Source: an uncultured virus (IMG/VR IMGVR_UViG_3300049259_000212)
Lineage: Duplodnaviria; Heunggongvirae; Uroviricota; Caudoviricetes
Direction: 5' to 3' (one strand)
Virus record (IMG/VR): IMGVR_UViG_3300049259_000212
Length of the DNA stretch: 64,000 bases
Positions 28,964-41,690 of the stretch are shown one piece after another (position 1 is the first letter of the stretch; the number at the start of each line of letters is the position of its first letter). A program made the translations under genes and the position numbers. Below the pieces are notes generated by a model that saw only the letters and a list, made by a program, of their open reading frames with translations, made no database searches and was not told the origin of the DNA.

Positions 28964-29825
28964 AGCGGTGTCAGCCTACTACATCGGCAGAAAGGCCTAC
29001 AGTTTTCGGGGATCTCCGAGCTCCGAGCAACCTACTAGTTGGTACCTTCGGCACGTCGTCCCCGTTCGTGTTGCGCAATGTTGATCACGTCTTCGAGCCC
29101 CGTATCGCAGAGCACGCTGAATAGCTCGACGAGATACGCGCGCTGCTCTGTGTGAAAATGCTCGTCATGCTCGGGGTGCGTTCGATCGAATGTGAACTCG
29201 TCTGGAATCTCGTTCTCGCTTGTCGCAGCGAGTGCCGGAAGAGCAGATCGATTGATCAGGGCTGTGAACTCCTCATGCACGTCTGCATAGGTTTCTTCGG
29301 TGATTGCGACGCGCAGACGCAGAGCGGAGCCTCGTCGAACCTCGACATGCGTGAGGCGTACACGCCCACGTTTCTTTCGAGTGGATTTCTGCCGTTTCAT
29401 GACGTTCGCGAGCGGCGCAGAAGGCATTCCGCCGAGACGATCCGTTCCCAGCGCTCATGAAGATCACCGTCGAAAACGAGTTTCGGCGCTTGTCGCGGCA
29501 GTCGCTTGAGGGACGGGGTTGGAACCACGGAAGTGTTCACGACGCGTACTCTACCTGACGAGGATGACAGGTAGTTAGAGACAGATCCCGAACGGGGTGA
29601 GACAGTTTCTTGAGAACGTTCAGGCGGATCGACTACGCTCGAGCCGTGATCAAACGCCGTCTCTTTAACGTGCCGATGGGTGCCTGCCCATACAATCCGC
29701 GCGTGATTCCGACGACGCCGGTGACGATCCTCAGCCTTGATACGGGGCCGCTGCCGATCTGCCAAGCGGGTCCGTGTTATGGAACACGTCGCCGCAGACG
29801 CTCCTATCGATAGTAGGCTGCCCCC

Positions 29826-30200
29826 ATGGCCAAGACAGCTGCACAGCTCGATCGCGAGATCGCTGAATTTCTCGCGAAGCCCAAGCTCGGAGACCCCACG
29901 TGGGAACGCGAGTGGTCGGAGTTGCTGACCGAGAAGCACTCGAAGGCGCGGATACCGACTGTCGATGAGATCGCGCGCGCCCTGAACTACCTCGACAACG
30001 AGTATCGCTCCAATGACCGTTATGACGGAGAGCAGTGGGCTGAAGGTCTCGCGTTTGGTCGCTATGCCGCTGACGCAGAGGACAAGGCTCGCGCGAAGGA
30101 GATCTTCAAGCAACTGTCTGCTGCAAAGTGGCTACAGATTGCGGAACGTGCGAACCGTCTTGCTTTCGATCAGAGCGAGAAGCCGCGTTACAGCAAGTAG
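29826..30200 (+). CDS. hypothetical protein with N-terminal AQLDREI motif
   Basis: MAKTAAQLDREIAEFLAK; TAGGCT 6 nt upstream. Confidence 0.75.
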   Translation: MAKTAAQLDREIAEFLAKPKLGDPTWEREWSELLTEKHSKARIPTVDEIARALNYLDNEYRSNDRYDGEQWAEGLAFGRYAADAEDKARAKEIFKQLSAAKWLQIAERANRLAFDQSEKPRYSK

Positions 30201-30246
30201 TTTCAGAAACAGGCGGGTTGCGCTCTTGATCTGATAGGCTGCGCTC

Positions 30247-30615
30247 GTGGCCAAACGTTCTGTTCCTGACCAGTACCTTGCCATTGCCGCGCTCTACCCC
30301 AAGTGGATCCGCGCTGTTGCCGCAACACACCGCGCGATCGATGCAGTTCGAGAGGGAAGTGGCAATTGGGAAGCAATCAGGCGTGCCAAAGACAAGTTGT
30401 ACAAGTTGGCTGATGAAGCTGCTCGTGAAGCGCCGTTGACGTATCACGATCCTGCGGTGAAGGCCTTGATCGCCGAGATCGAGGCTCTTCCGAAAATCGA
30501 CGATGTTGAGAAGGAAGGTCTCGCCGCTCGAGAGAAGATGCGCAGCGCCGAGATCAAACGTCTTCGCGAAGAAGAGCGCGAAGCAAATCGTCCATACGAG
30601 TGGATGAAGCGATAG
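30247..30615 (+). CDS. hypothetical protein
   Basis: helical 122-aa ORF; TAGGCT 6 nt upstream. Confidence 0.65.
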   Translation: MAKRSVPDQYLAIAALYPKWIRAVAATHRAIDAVREGSGNWEAIRRAKDKLYKLADEAAREAPLTYHDPAVKALIAEIEALPKIDDVEKEGLAAREKMRSAEIKRLREEEREANRPYEWMKR

Positions 30616-30626
30616 GAGCAAAGACG

Positions 30627-31142
30627 ATGACTCGCAAGTACAGCCAGAACGCATCCGACAAGATCGGGCGCACGATGCACGAGTTCAAGCACGGCACGCT
30701 CAAGAGCGGGGGCTCGGGCAAGAAGGTGAAGAGCCGTGCGCAGGCGATCGCGATCGGTATCTCGCAAGCGCGGCGCGAGGGCTATAAGGCACCGGCTGCC
30801 CCAAGTCACGCGCACAAGAAGTCGTCAGCTCAGCTGGATCGCGAGATCGCGCAGGCGCTGTCTTCTCGCCGATCACACGCCGTGAAAAAGACCGTCGCAC
30901 GTCCAACACCGTATCGCATCAAGCTGTCGCCCTCCGAGCTTAAGGCTGTCGAGTTCGCGCGTGGTCGATACGCATGGCCCGACATGCTATCCACGCATGC
31001 AGCTGACGATGGTTCGGTAGCTTTCACCGAAAGCGAGATGTGGCAGTGGACAGACGACGTCGACAGCGACGATTCGCCGTTCTCTCTCGCGGCGCCTGCA
31101 TTCGCAGGAAAGCTTCAGCGTTTCTACGACCAGAGGATCTAG
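30627..31142 (+). CDS. DUF6496-domain protein with AQLDREI motif
   Basis: TMHEFKHGTLKSGGSGKKVKSRAQAIAIGISQARREG; SHAHKKSSAQLDREIAQAL. Confidence 0.8.
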   Translation: MTRKYSQNASDKIGRTMHEFKHGTLKSGGSGKKVKSRAQAIAIGISQARREGYKAPAAPSHAHKKSSAQLDREIAQALSSRRSHAVKKTVARPTPYRIKLSPSELKAVEFARGRYAWPDMLSTHAADDGSVAFTESEMWQWTDDVDSDDSPFSLAAPAFAGKLQRFYDQRI

Positions 31143-31144
31143 CG

Positions 31145-31582
31145 ATGACATTTCCGAAATGGCGAGTGACCGTCACGGTGAACGGAGACGTCGTGAAGAC
31201 GTTTGAAGAAACCGCCACGACCGGCAAAGCAGCGATCGCTAAAGTTACGCATAAGATGCGTGGGGCCGTATCAAATGCTGGCGCGTTCAAGTTTCATGCG
31301 GCGAAGCTCGGTACAGAGAGTCACGCCCGCAAGAAGTCCTCCGCGCAGCTCGACAAAGAGATCGCGCAAGCGCTCGCGAAGAAACCATCAGATCAATGGA
31401 CGGTTCACGATCGCCTTGCGGTCATGACGCCCGCGCAGAAGATGCGCGAGCGCAAGGACCTTGAAGCTGCGTTGCAGCGCACCTTCAGCGCGCTGGGATA
31501 TGCAGGCAACACGCCTGAACAAGTAAGCAACTATCGTCGACATATCGACGAGCTTCAGACCAAGATTGCCCTGTTCAAGTGA
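31145..31582 (+). CDS. hypothetical protein with internal AQLDKEI motif
   Basis: SHARKKSSAQLDKEIAQALAKK. Confidence 0.7.
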   Translation: MTFPKWRVTVTVNGDVVKTFEETATTGKAAIAKVTHKMRGAVSNAGAFKFHAAKLGTESHARKKSSAQLDKEIAQALAKKPSDQWTVHDRLAVMTPAQKMRERKDLEAALQRTFSALGYAGNTPEQVSNYRRHIDELQTKIALFK

Positions 31583-33630
31583 TTCACCGATAGGAGTCGC
31601 ACGTGGCGAAGACGATCATCCTCGGCAAGCGGCCCTACCGTGTGCTGAAGCGACGCAAGATGTCGATCGACATCCATCCGTTCGACACCGAGTACCCGCA
31701 CAGCGTTCTCCTTCGACGTTCGATCGCGGATCCGTCGCGAACGGACTGGAATGATCAGTGGGGACACAGCGTTGGTGGATCGACGACCACTTGGTACCGT
31801 CAACTGTCCGACGATGTCTTCGAGAAGATGCGCTAACGTGTTGGGGCTCGACAAGCGTGAGAGGTACTCGCTTATCGTGGGTGTTGTCCTGATGCTCGCT
31901 TCGCTGCTGATCTACACACGAGCACTGAGCTAGCGTATCTCGCGAGTGCTGGGCTCTTCGTGGCTCGCATAGATCTTCCCGTGTTTGAGGATGCTCTCGA
32001 TCATCCACTCGTATCCGTGAAACCCGTGAGAGGCTTTCAGCATTTCGCCAACGCGTACGATACGAGCGCGAATCTCCGCGCGCCATCCGTCCGACCAGCT
32101 ATAGGACCAAGATTGTTTGTCGAGCTTGGTGGCTTCCTCTTCATCGACCGTGCGCGTGATCGTGCAGTTCTGTTTGTCGCCAGACCACTCGCCGTTCCAA
32201 GTGTTTCGAGAGGGCATGAACAGCTTGAATTCAACGCGGGTCATCGTCTGCCTCCTTCGCTGCGCGCTTATTTCTGAAGTCGTCAACCGCGCCGACGAGC
32301 TCCCAATGATCTTCGAATGGCACGGGGAATGTCCGCTGTTGCATTGCTACGCCGTAGACCGTTTCGAGGCCTTTGATCTCTTCGCGTAGGTTGTTCATCA
32401 CGCGTCGGTTATGCAGGCATCCCTGACACAGCGTCGGTGAGCCAGGCTTTGCGCGACAGTTGTCGCACTCCATGAAATCGCGCTGCATCAGTTCATCTTT
32501 CGCGCATTTTGAACATCGCGCTCGATCACGTCTGCGGGTGTTTCACCGTAATACGTGCAGAACGGCATCGCATGCATGAGCGCTCGGGCTGGACGCCCTG
32601 TTCGTGGGATATCTGCATTGCCAACGTGTAGATCCGCACCGCAGCTCGGGCACGGGCCTAGAAGCTCAAAGGCACTAACGTTCTCGATTGAGCCCGCGCC
32701 CGCCGCCTCGATCCCATGAATGCGACGCTTCGTCATCGCGTCCGTCTTCGTGCGCGCGGGCGCATTTCTTTTTCGAGGTCTTTCAAATGTGCGTCGATCC
32801 CACGCTCTTTGATGTCGGCGAGTCCGCGTCCGATTGACGAGTTAGCGATCAGCTGCTGGATGTCCTTGGTCTCTGAGCGTCGCAGATGAACCTCGACCGC
32901 ACGCTGCGTGGCACTGAGTTGCGAATAGCAGTCGCTCCACCAACCGCACGAGCATCGCGCACGATGACCAGAGTGGAGTGTGTGCTCCGCGTTTTCGTGG
33001 TTGATCGCGATGTCATGTGCCTCTTTCATTATGGTGTAGGATCCTTCGCAGGCGCAGGCTCCGTCTCGACGTCGATCTTGTCGACGGGACGAGCGGAGGC
33101 TCGAGGAGCCTCGCCGTCCTCTTGGAAGTGGAAGAAAGGAAGCGTGTTCCATTCGGCCATGTTCAATGTGATGATCTTCGTTTCCTCGTCGCTCATGGCG
33201 TACGCGTACATGACGTCACTCACCGGAACGCCGTGGTCGACATCGCGCATGAAGGCGCTTGGCGTGAGGTAGCGTTTGGACGTGGCCGGATCCGTCCAGA
33301 CCTTCATGCGGAGACGAAACGGCTTCGCGGGCTCTTCGGCGATCGGAGGCGTGGTATCAGCGCCAGAGACCTCGGGAGGAGACGCCGTGACCTTCTCGTC
33401 CGCAGGCGTCTCCGTCGACGTATCGGGAGCCACAGCGGCCGTTTCCGGCGGTGCCGCCGGAGACTTTGCGCCTTGGCTGCGGTTCTTCTTTTTCTCGGCG
33501 CGAGTCTCGGCGCGAGTCTTCTTCTTGGAAGAAGAGGTCGTTTCCTTCGCCGCGGCGACAGGTGCAGGTGCGTGTCCATTCGGACGTGATTCGGACGTGT
33601 CGCTGGTCTTGTTCATGGTGTTCTCGTCGT

Positions 33631-34164
33631 TCATGGCGGCGTTGGGTGTTCGGTGGATCGGGACTCTTGTAGCGCGTTCGCAGCCTTGGATCGGGCTTTC
33701 AGGACAGTTCGAATCAAGGCCGCCCCGAACTCCAAAGCGCGTTGCTCCTCCGTGACGAGCATTTCGTTACCGAACGCGAACTCGATGCGAATCCCGTTGC
33801 CGTTGTTGTAGTGATGGGGCTCGACGGTCCGGTTGACAGGCCACGGGGTGTCGAGCAGTCCTTGAAGTTTCTCGTTCTCGTCGAGCAGGGCGAGCACGAC
33901 GTTGGGCGAGGCTGCCGCGATGTAGTGCCAGTCTTCCTTGCGTACGGTTCCGTCCGGCAAACCGGTATCGAGCGAGCATACGGTCTCGTGCTCGTCTGCC
34001 CAGATCAGTCGACAAGGGCAATCGCCGTTATTCGCGCCGCAGACGTGCCATTCGCCACGCGTCGCCTTCTCTGCCTTCGCGCGAAGACCTTCTCGGTCAA
34101 ACGGGCCGTTCGTGGGCAAGACTTCGTGCTTCGCGTGTGCGTGGATGAGATCTCTAATCGACAT
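33631..34164 (-). CDS. Ead/Ea22-like protein
   Basis: LRAKAEKAT.GEW...D..YIAAASPNVVLALLDENE. Confidence 0.75.
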   Translation of the reverse strand: MSIRDLIHAHAKHEVLPTNGPFDREGLRAKAEKATRGEWHVCGANNGDCPCRLIWADEHETVCSLDTGLPDGTVRKEDWHYIAAASPNVVLALLDENEKLQGLLDTPWPVNRTVEPHHYNNGNGIRIEFAFGNEMLVTEEQRALEFGAALIRTVLKARSKAANALQESRSTEHPTPP

Positions 34165-34840
34165 GCAGGTGCACGGTTCCTTGCGGGATGCAGATCTCGC
34201 ACTCGTCCATCTCGACGCCTTCAGCATCACTGCGAGGCACCCACGTCTCGGGGTCGCTCGAATCGCCGATCCAGTCTTCGGCGTGAACGAACACGCTCTG
34301 CACGTAGCCGCCGCGTTCCGCGCCGCTCCAAACGACGTGCTGGGCGAGCTGCTCGGACGTCATCGCGTCGAGCGCCGCCTTGAGGTCTGCGTAGGTGATG
34401 CCGGGCATCTCCGTGCGTTTTTCGTGGGACGTTTCTTCGCTCATACGTAGCACCATGGGGTGGTTGCGATTTGGCGAAGCGAGCCCGCGAACACGCGCTC
34501 TGCTTCGCATTCGCCGTCGACGTCATCGCCATCTAGGCTCTCGATAACGTCAGCGGCACTTTCGATATGGGTAGCGGCTTTCTGAAGCATGCACTCCAGA
34601 TCAGCGATGCGCTTGGCAGCGCGTTTGTGGCGACGGCTCATGGTTCCTCCTTCGATCGAGCGAGTTCTCCGGGCCACAGATGGCCCGATAGGGGCTGCAT
34701 TAGAAAGCCCTCGCAATGGTGTCCGCACATGCCGTGCGAGGCTTCGAGCGCAACGGATCGGCCGAAAGGTGGCTTGGTCAGGTGACAGACCGTGCAGCGA
34801 GGCGACGCTTCGCATTCGATCGTGCACTCGGCGTAGAGAC

Positions 34841-35233
34841 TCATCGAGGGCGCCTCCGCAACGGAGTGGCTCGAGAGCGCTTCGGCATCTTGATTTTGTT
34901 CGCACGCAGCATCGCAGCAAACGTCGGGAACAGTGCTGGACCCTTCTTGTCCTCGACCTCTTCGAACGTCACGTTTCCGCGCATGACGAGCAGCCGTACG
35001 CCGATCGCGTCGAAGCCCATCACGCGGATCCAACCCTGACAAGGCACGTTGCCCTGGTGCTCCTTCGGCAACGCACCGGCCCTGTGGCAGAGCATGACGT
35101 GCAGTCCATCGTCCTGGCAGTTTCGGTAGATATCCTCGAAGTGCTGCGGATCCCAATGCTCGCGAGGCGCGTCGACCCGCCACGGGCAGTTATTGCACGC
35201 ACGTCGGAGCTTTGCCGTCGACGCTTCCGTCAT
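34841..35233 (-). CDS. DUF6283-like Cys-rich protein
   Basis: CNNCPWRVDA...CH...CQGW. Confidence 0.65.
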   Translation of the reverse strand: MTEASTAKLRRACNNCPWRVDAPREHWDPQHFEDIYRNCQDDGLHVMLCHRAGALPKEHQGNVPCQGWIRVMGFDAIGVRLLVMRGNVTFEEVEDKKGPALFPTFAAMLRANKIKMPKRSRATPLRRRPR

Positions 35234-38200
35234 GGCAGGTTCACCTCGACGCCCAGTATCTTCGCGAGAGCTTTTGCCTTCGCGAAGGTTCCGGCAGTCG
35301 GCGCGTGTCCGTGCTCTGGACACCAGTTGTTGGTGAACAGGGCTAGCGCGTCTTTAGCATCCTTCGTCATCTCATCGAGCGCTCGACGAAGCTGGCGCTC
35401 AAGACGCGTGTCGTGATCAAGGCGCGCGAAGTTGCAGCTCCCTCCGTGATCGAGATCGTACGCGCAGTACCGATCAGAGAGCTGATCGTATTGGCGGCAC
35501 CGGTCAACCATGTCGCGTCTCTCTGCGTTCGAAGTCGAAGCCGTGCATTCCCTTGAACGTGTCATCCCAAAACTCCGCAAGGATCTTTTCTTGTGTCGGA
35601 GGAGTATTAGACGGTCGAACGTACGCGCCATTCGCGTTGAGGGCACGCACGTGATGCCATCGCCAGAATGTTCGTTCGGTTCCGTTGTGACAGATCCAAA
35701 ACTGGACGGCCCAGGTGCCTGGATTCGTCGTCGCTTGTTCGGAGTGAGGCTCGATGGCGAGCACGCGTGCTTCGATCATGCCGAGTCTCCAGCTTGACGA
35801 GCAGCGCGCACATGCATTTTCAAGCGGGCGAGCGCGTCTCCGATGTCTTCGCTGTTGATGCGCTCTGCGTGTCCGCAGGCACACGCCAGATGCTCTCTAT
35901 CCGCGCCGTACGTCGGATAGTGATCCAGCACCTCGCCTGCTTCCCGAAGCGCTGCGGAGAAATCGCCGCTCGCGATCCAATGGCCGCACGTCCAGCGGTC
36001 CACGACGCCTTCGCCAAGTATTTCGACGGCGGGTGCGGCGCAGGCGGGACACAATGTGTACAAGCGAACGTGCTGCGCTAGTGCGGTGTAGCTATCGAAC
36101 GACTGACCGCACGAGCAGCGCGATCCAGGCTCCCCTTGCATGCAGTGCTCGGGCGTTGCCGATCGCCATATCGGCACCGCGGCGCCTTCGTCGCGTGGCG
36201 ATCGAAGGATCTGGCGTGGACGAAAGGGGCACGTCTCGCCTCCCCAGCGCCAACAATTGCCGCCGCATGCGCAACGCTTCGATTCAGACATCGTGCACCG
36301 GACAGTGAGTGAACTCGTCGTGAACGAAGGTGCCGTTGCACGGCTCTTCGCTCATGAAGTCGTCGTGCTTAGGACAAGCTCTGTACTCGTCGTGACGAAG
36401 ACCGCCTGTGCAGCGTTTCGCCGGATCGTTCGGGCATCCACTCGGCCAGTCGTGGTTGCCGATTCCGCTCACGCCGCAGACTGCGCACGTGAACGGCTTC
36501 TTAGTGCAGTCGCGCAAATGGCCGTCCATGTAGTAGACGCGCTTTCCGCAGTGCTCGCACGCTGTGGGTGCTTCGCCCGGATGACAAAACGGACACTCGT
36601 CGTATTCGTGATTGTCATTGCTCTTCGGACAGCTCTCTTCGTCGTGGTGCGCATGTTCCCACTGCCCGCAGCCGTGATTGCAGCGCACGCGCTCGTCGAT
36701 CGCCCACGTGATCGTAACGGTGCGGCCATTCCGCTCGAACTCCTCTTTGTGGAGTCCTTGGTGGTCCGGCACTAGCTGACAGCGAATCGACGTCGTGCCG
36801 TCGCCGTAGTTGTCGCCGAGAAACAAGCGCGCGTTGCACTCGGTCTCGTTATCTGCGGGCTCTCCGAACATGGATCTCCTAGCGCGCCGTCCTGATCGTC
36901 CGGCCGCGGCGGCTCGTGACACGCGTCGATCCGGCGGCCCGAACCATTGGGCGTGGTTTTTTGGTCGTGGTCCGTACGCGGTCTTTCTCGGTGACGTTCG
37001 CGCGCGGAGTCCGACGAGCGGTGTCCTTTTGGACCGGCGTGCCGGACACGGAGCTTCGGTAACGAGTGCGGATTTGGTTCGCCATGATCTAGGTCTTTCG
37101 TCAGTGGATCGGTTCGCCCTGCACCTCGACAACGAACTCTTCTCCGAGCGGGTTGTCCCCGACGTAGCGGAATCGAATTTCGAGATCGAGGGCTGGGACC
37201 AGGGCTGGGTTTTCCTTCAGCAGCTCGTCCCAAGTGTACGCGTCCTGTCCGACAAGGATTGTGTCGATCTCGAACGGAAATGGCTGTAGACGTGCGATCT
37301 TGTCGACGCGGAGTGCAAATGACACCATGCGCGAGCGGACCGAGTGCGGGTTTCCGCTGGCGGGGCATGGCACGTACGATCGTAGGAGAAGAGCACGTCT
37401 CATGGCGTCGGAGTCTCCGCCGAGAGCCGCAGGCCCGCTTTGAGCGCGCTGACGCGTGTCGCGATCGCGCAAGAACTCCGACCGTGAACTCGGGCGGCGG
37501 CAAGGATCGTCGGATCATTCCACGTGATGGCGCGCGCCTCAGCGACACCTTGAAGGAGCGCACGATCTTCGGCCGGTCCCCATGGCAGACCTCGACGCGT
37601 ATGCCCCTCCTCGCGCGGGGTCCAGGACGGACGGTTCTTCGCCTGCGCCCAGCCCCGATCGTCAACCGTGATGTCGTTCCGACTCATCAGCCGCGCTTGT
37701 TCCGTGCTGTCGCCAGCTCGCGAGACTTGTCGCCGACGCGGCGCTTCGACGCGCGTCGGTCGGTGTTGGTGCGGCGATCACTCTTGCTGAGTGATCGTCC
37801 TTTGATCGGAACAGGCTTTTCAACCTCGGTCTTAGGCGGGTGTGTGCCGAGGCCTTGTTCTGTTTCCCACGCCGTGGAAGAAGATCCATCGACAACCGCC
37901 TGCGCTACCGCGACGGCCTCCGCAGCGTTGTACGCGTCTACGCTGACGTAGGCGACTTGCTGAACATCACGTCGGAGCGTGACCTTGTACGAGCGGACCT
38001 TCTTCACGAGAAGCCTTTCTGCTGCAACAGGCCGATCACGCCCGTGTAGAACTTGATCTTATTGTGCACGACAAGGTTGGGACCGTTGGCGTTGAACATC
38101 ACCTCAAGCATGATGCGCAGCATCGCCATCATGACAGGGGTGCCATGCACCGTTGAAAGGCGCTCAAACTCATCTTCAAGCCTTTTGAGCTTGTCGTCTT

Positions 38201-38713
38201 GTGCGGCGACGCGTGCTTTGGCCTCATCGATGTTCACAGCGCCTCGGCGTAGTCGCGGCGGAATGGACCGTCCTTGATGGCGAAAAACGTATCCGCTGAG
38301 AACAAGACCCAGTCGCCGTCGAACACCTCGACACCAGACGGCAGCAGCGCGATAGGCCCGTGCGTGTCGAACATGGCGCCGTGCTCATCGAACCACGCCG
38401 CAAACACCTCGCGATTCGTGGCGGTGTCGGACCAGCGCAGTGCTTCGACGTTGTCTTTGCAGCGGTACGTCTTCATCAGATGCCCCAGGCAGGCCGACCG
38501 TGGATGCGGCGTGCCGCAGAGCGCAGATCTTTGAGACGCGCTACGTCGATCACGGTGCGATCGGCGATCGGCTTCTTTTCGAGTGCGGCGATCTCATCGT
38601 TGATCTCGCGAAGTGGAAGGGTGGAGACGTCTTTGTGGAACCAGGAAGTCACGCCGAGATCGGTAACATGTGAGAGCCTTGACTGTCTATACAATGTCTA
38701 GTAGCTATCGGGT

Positions 38714-38944
38714 GTGCCCCCTAGGCGAGATCTCCACGATGCTCAAGTCGCGTTTCGGGCGCGCAAACGCGAAATCGCAGCGTGGAAACGCGCCGCAGAT
38801 CGCTCCGACGAATCCTTTTCGTTGTGGGCGCGCAAAATATTGAACCTTGCAGCCGCCCCCGCGCCGCCCCCGGTTCCTCGAACAGTTACCGGCGATCAGA
38901 TCGAACTTCCGCTTTCCAAGACCAAGGTAAGGTCTTCCACGTGA
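38714..38944 (+). CDS. ribbon-helix-helix-like DNA-binding protein
   Basis: QVAFRA...E..AWKRAA......SLWAR..L. Confidence 0.5.
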   Translation: MPPRRDLHDAQVAFRARKREIAAWKRAADRSDESFSLWARKILNLAAAPAPPPVPRTVTGDQIELPLSKTKVRSST

Positions 38945-39384
38945 AGGGATGGATCTATTTTGCGCGACACGGCATGTCAGGTCCGATCAAGATCGGCCGC
39001 GCCGACAACCCTCGTCGACGTGTTGCAGACCTTGGAGTAAGCACGCCGATCGAAGTGATTTTTATCGGCGCGTTGTTTAGCGAGCACGCGGATCATGAAG
39101 AGAAAGGTCTGCATCAAAAACTCGCTGCGCATCATGTCAAAGGCGAGTGGTTCGAAGCCGATGCGGTGCTGTCTGAAATTAAACAGCTGGGATTTCGTGT
39201 TCTGTCGCCCGATCAAGTCGACACATTGCAGCCGTCACGTGCCTGGAGGCGAAACATAAATCTCCACCTTCGCGTCACGCCTGAAGAGTTTGCCGCGTGG
39301 AAGAGCGCTGCGGATTTGCAGAACAAGTCCGTGTCGGAGTGGATGCGCAGCGTCATGAACCCCCCAGCAGAGGAAATCGTGTGA
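38941..39384 (+). CDS. GIY-YIG (T5orf172/Mug113-like) nuclease with C-terminal RHH-like domain
   Basis: WIYF...PIKIG...NP.RR..DL...E..LH.......GEWF; C-terminal LHLRVTPEE..AWKSAA....SVSEWMR. Confidence 0.8.
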   Translation: MKGWIYFARHGMSGPIKIGRADNPRRRVADLGVSTPIEVIFIGALFSEHADHEEKGLHQKLAAHHVKGEWFEADAVLSEIKQLGFRVLSPDQVDTLQPSRAWRRNINLHLRVTPEEFAAWKSAADLQNKSVSEWMRSVMNPPAEEIV

Positions 39385-41690
39385 GCTGCTTCCAGTGCGA
39401 CTACGACATTCCGCATGTTTGCTACCACGGCATGCCAAACGCGCGTTGGGGACTCAATGACGAGGCTGCTGCCGCTCTCGAAGCGGCGCAGCGTCTGCTC
39501 AATACGCCGTCCAAGCGCCCGATTCCCAAGAAGCGGAGAACTCGATGACTCTTGCCGAAGCGAAAGTGATCATCTTCTTCCAGGAGTGCATCAACGAGAT
39601 CGCTGTGACACTGCGGCGCGAACAGCTGGAAACCATCAGCTCAGCGCTCGACACACCTCAGAAGATTTGGCTCATGGAGCTGCTCAAGATCGTCGCCCCC
39701 AATGTACCTGCGAATGAAACGCGAGACGCGTGGGAATCGCTGGTCACGCAAGCAACCGCAGTCGAAGGTTCTTCGTCCGACGCGTTTCGCGCCGAGGTCG
39801 ATGAAGGATTTGACGCCGTGAACAACGGCCTTCGCACGTGTCCGAGCTGTCATCGCGTCTTCGCGATGTTGCACATCTGCGAGAACTGCGGCCGATGCGA
39901 TGGCTGGGATCTGCCACGCGACGCTGATCGCGAAGCTCCGTGTTGCAACAAGGACACGTGCGCGCAGCGTGATTGGCGATCGGAGATGATTCCTGATCCG
40001 CCGAGGCACCTCACGGAGCAGACGTGGACGCACGAGCAGCGCACCGACGGCGTATATCTCGTTGGAGAAGACGGATCCGCGATTCTCAAACTTTGTCGCC
40101 CCGATGAAGCGAGCGATCTCTTGATCGCGGGCTACGTCATGGGTCTTCAAGTCGACAAGCTCTCGAGCGCGAAGGCCGAGGAAGCGGTGCATATCCTGAC
40201 ACAAGAGGGTCAGCCATACGGATCGGAACGGCGCTGTTGCAATCACTGCGGTGTAGTGATCTGGGGATCTCCCGCTCCACGGTACGAAGACAATTGGAAT
40301 GATTGGTACGAGGCCACGAACCGCTGTTCGGTGAAAAATCCATGAGCTCTATGTTCGAACAGTTCAACCAGGAAGCACTCGAAGCTCTCAAGACGCGTGA
40401 TCTGCCACGTGTTCGCGCCGCGGACTACTTCACGAAGGACGACGACGCGCCTCCTGAAGCTGACGAGCAGATGGCTCAGTGGGACGAGTATCTCTCGAAG
40501 TTTGTCAAGCTCACTGACGGTAAGTGCGTGTGTTGCGGGATCAGCCTGCGTTGCGCTCTCGGCATGGGCCTGTTCGGCGGCTTTGAATGGGGGTTCGCGC
40601 ACGGCGAAGGACGCTGCGTGCACTGTCACTACCCGATGCGGGGTCATCACAAGGTCGAGGGCCTCGGGACCGTCAATAATCTGTTCCTTGCGTACCACCC
40701 GAGCGGACTCTCGTTTGCGGAGAAAGAAGAGGCGTGATGGCGACGAAATCAAAAGTAGCAAAGAAAGAACGGGCTCCACTTCCCAAGACGTTCCGCGGCG
40801 CCGAGACCGTGCGCGGTCTCGGAATGAAGTCCGGCGAAATCGACACGTTTGTCGAAGAGCGGTCCATGGATCAGTTCGACGCGCAGCGCCCGACGTGGAT
40901 CGTCGTCGAAGATCACGCACTCAACGATCCTGACAACACCTGCGAGATCAAAGCCTTCGTGAACAAGGCGGACGCTGTTCGGTTCGCGCAGGCGCGTGCT
41001 AGCGGCAACGTTGATCATCGTGTTCTGCGCGTTGCAGAGCACGTCCTTGTCGTCGGCACGATGAACGATCTGTAAGGAAGGAGCTGTTCATGGAGATCGA
41101 TGAACTTACGCCCGCGGCGAAGCTGATCATGGACAACTTCGAGGAGACTGCCAAGCAGCGCGCTGCGGAGCTAATGACAGGCCTCGTGCCTGGAGAGCCT
41201 TTGCACGGAGTACGCCTGTCGGCCTTCTGCCTCGGGTACACCGCCGGTGTCGTCGACTTCGGGGCGATGCTTCGCGATAAACACGGCGTGACTTCCGCGC
41301 AGCTGTCAAAGATTTTTGAAGCAGTGTGTGCCTGGCGCGATGGAGCGTGTAGCGGCGAGCAGCTGATCGCTGTGATCGATGAAGCACGCAAAGGTCAATC
41401 GTGAAAGAGGAGCGCTGGATTTTTACGGTGCACTACTGGCCTGACGCCGCGTTTGGTCAGCGCCGCGGGACCGTCGTCGGTCCTGCGCGCGTAGTGACGG
41501 TAGACACCGCGCTCCAGTTGGCCGGTGTTCCTGAAGACGTGCGCGTTGAGATCTGCGCAGAAGAAAAAGTCCGAGCGTTCGCGGAAGGACGGCTCGACGT
41601 CGAGACCGACGGCTTCTATATCCACCCGCAACATCGCGACAGGTCATCGCCATGGGCGGTCTGCATTGGTTCTGTGCATGAGGTAATCCC

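Larger units (their letters stand above)
31930..38694 (-). other. run of small, tightly coupled hypothetical phage ORFs
   Basis: many 70-200 aa ORFs with overlapping stop/start codons, many Cys-rich. Confidence 0.7.

Noticed and set aside
25218..29084. Long plus-strand ORFs (e.g. 25698..26696, 27828..29084)
   Set aside because: Antisense shadows of the repetitive collagen gene (PVGPV patterns).
29551..29580. Hammerhead ribozyme (CTGACGA)
   Set aside because: No stem II followed by GAAA; the motif lies inside a simple hairpin.
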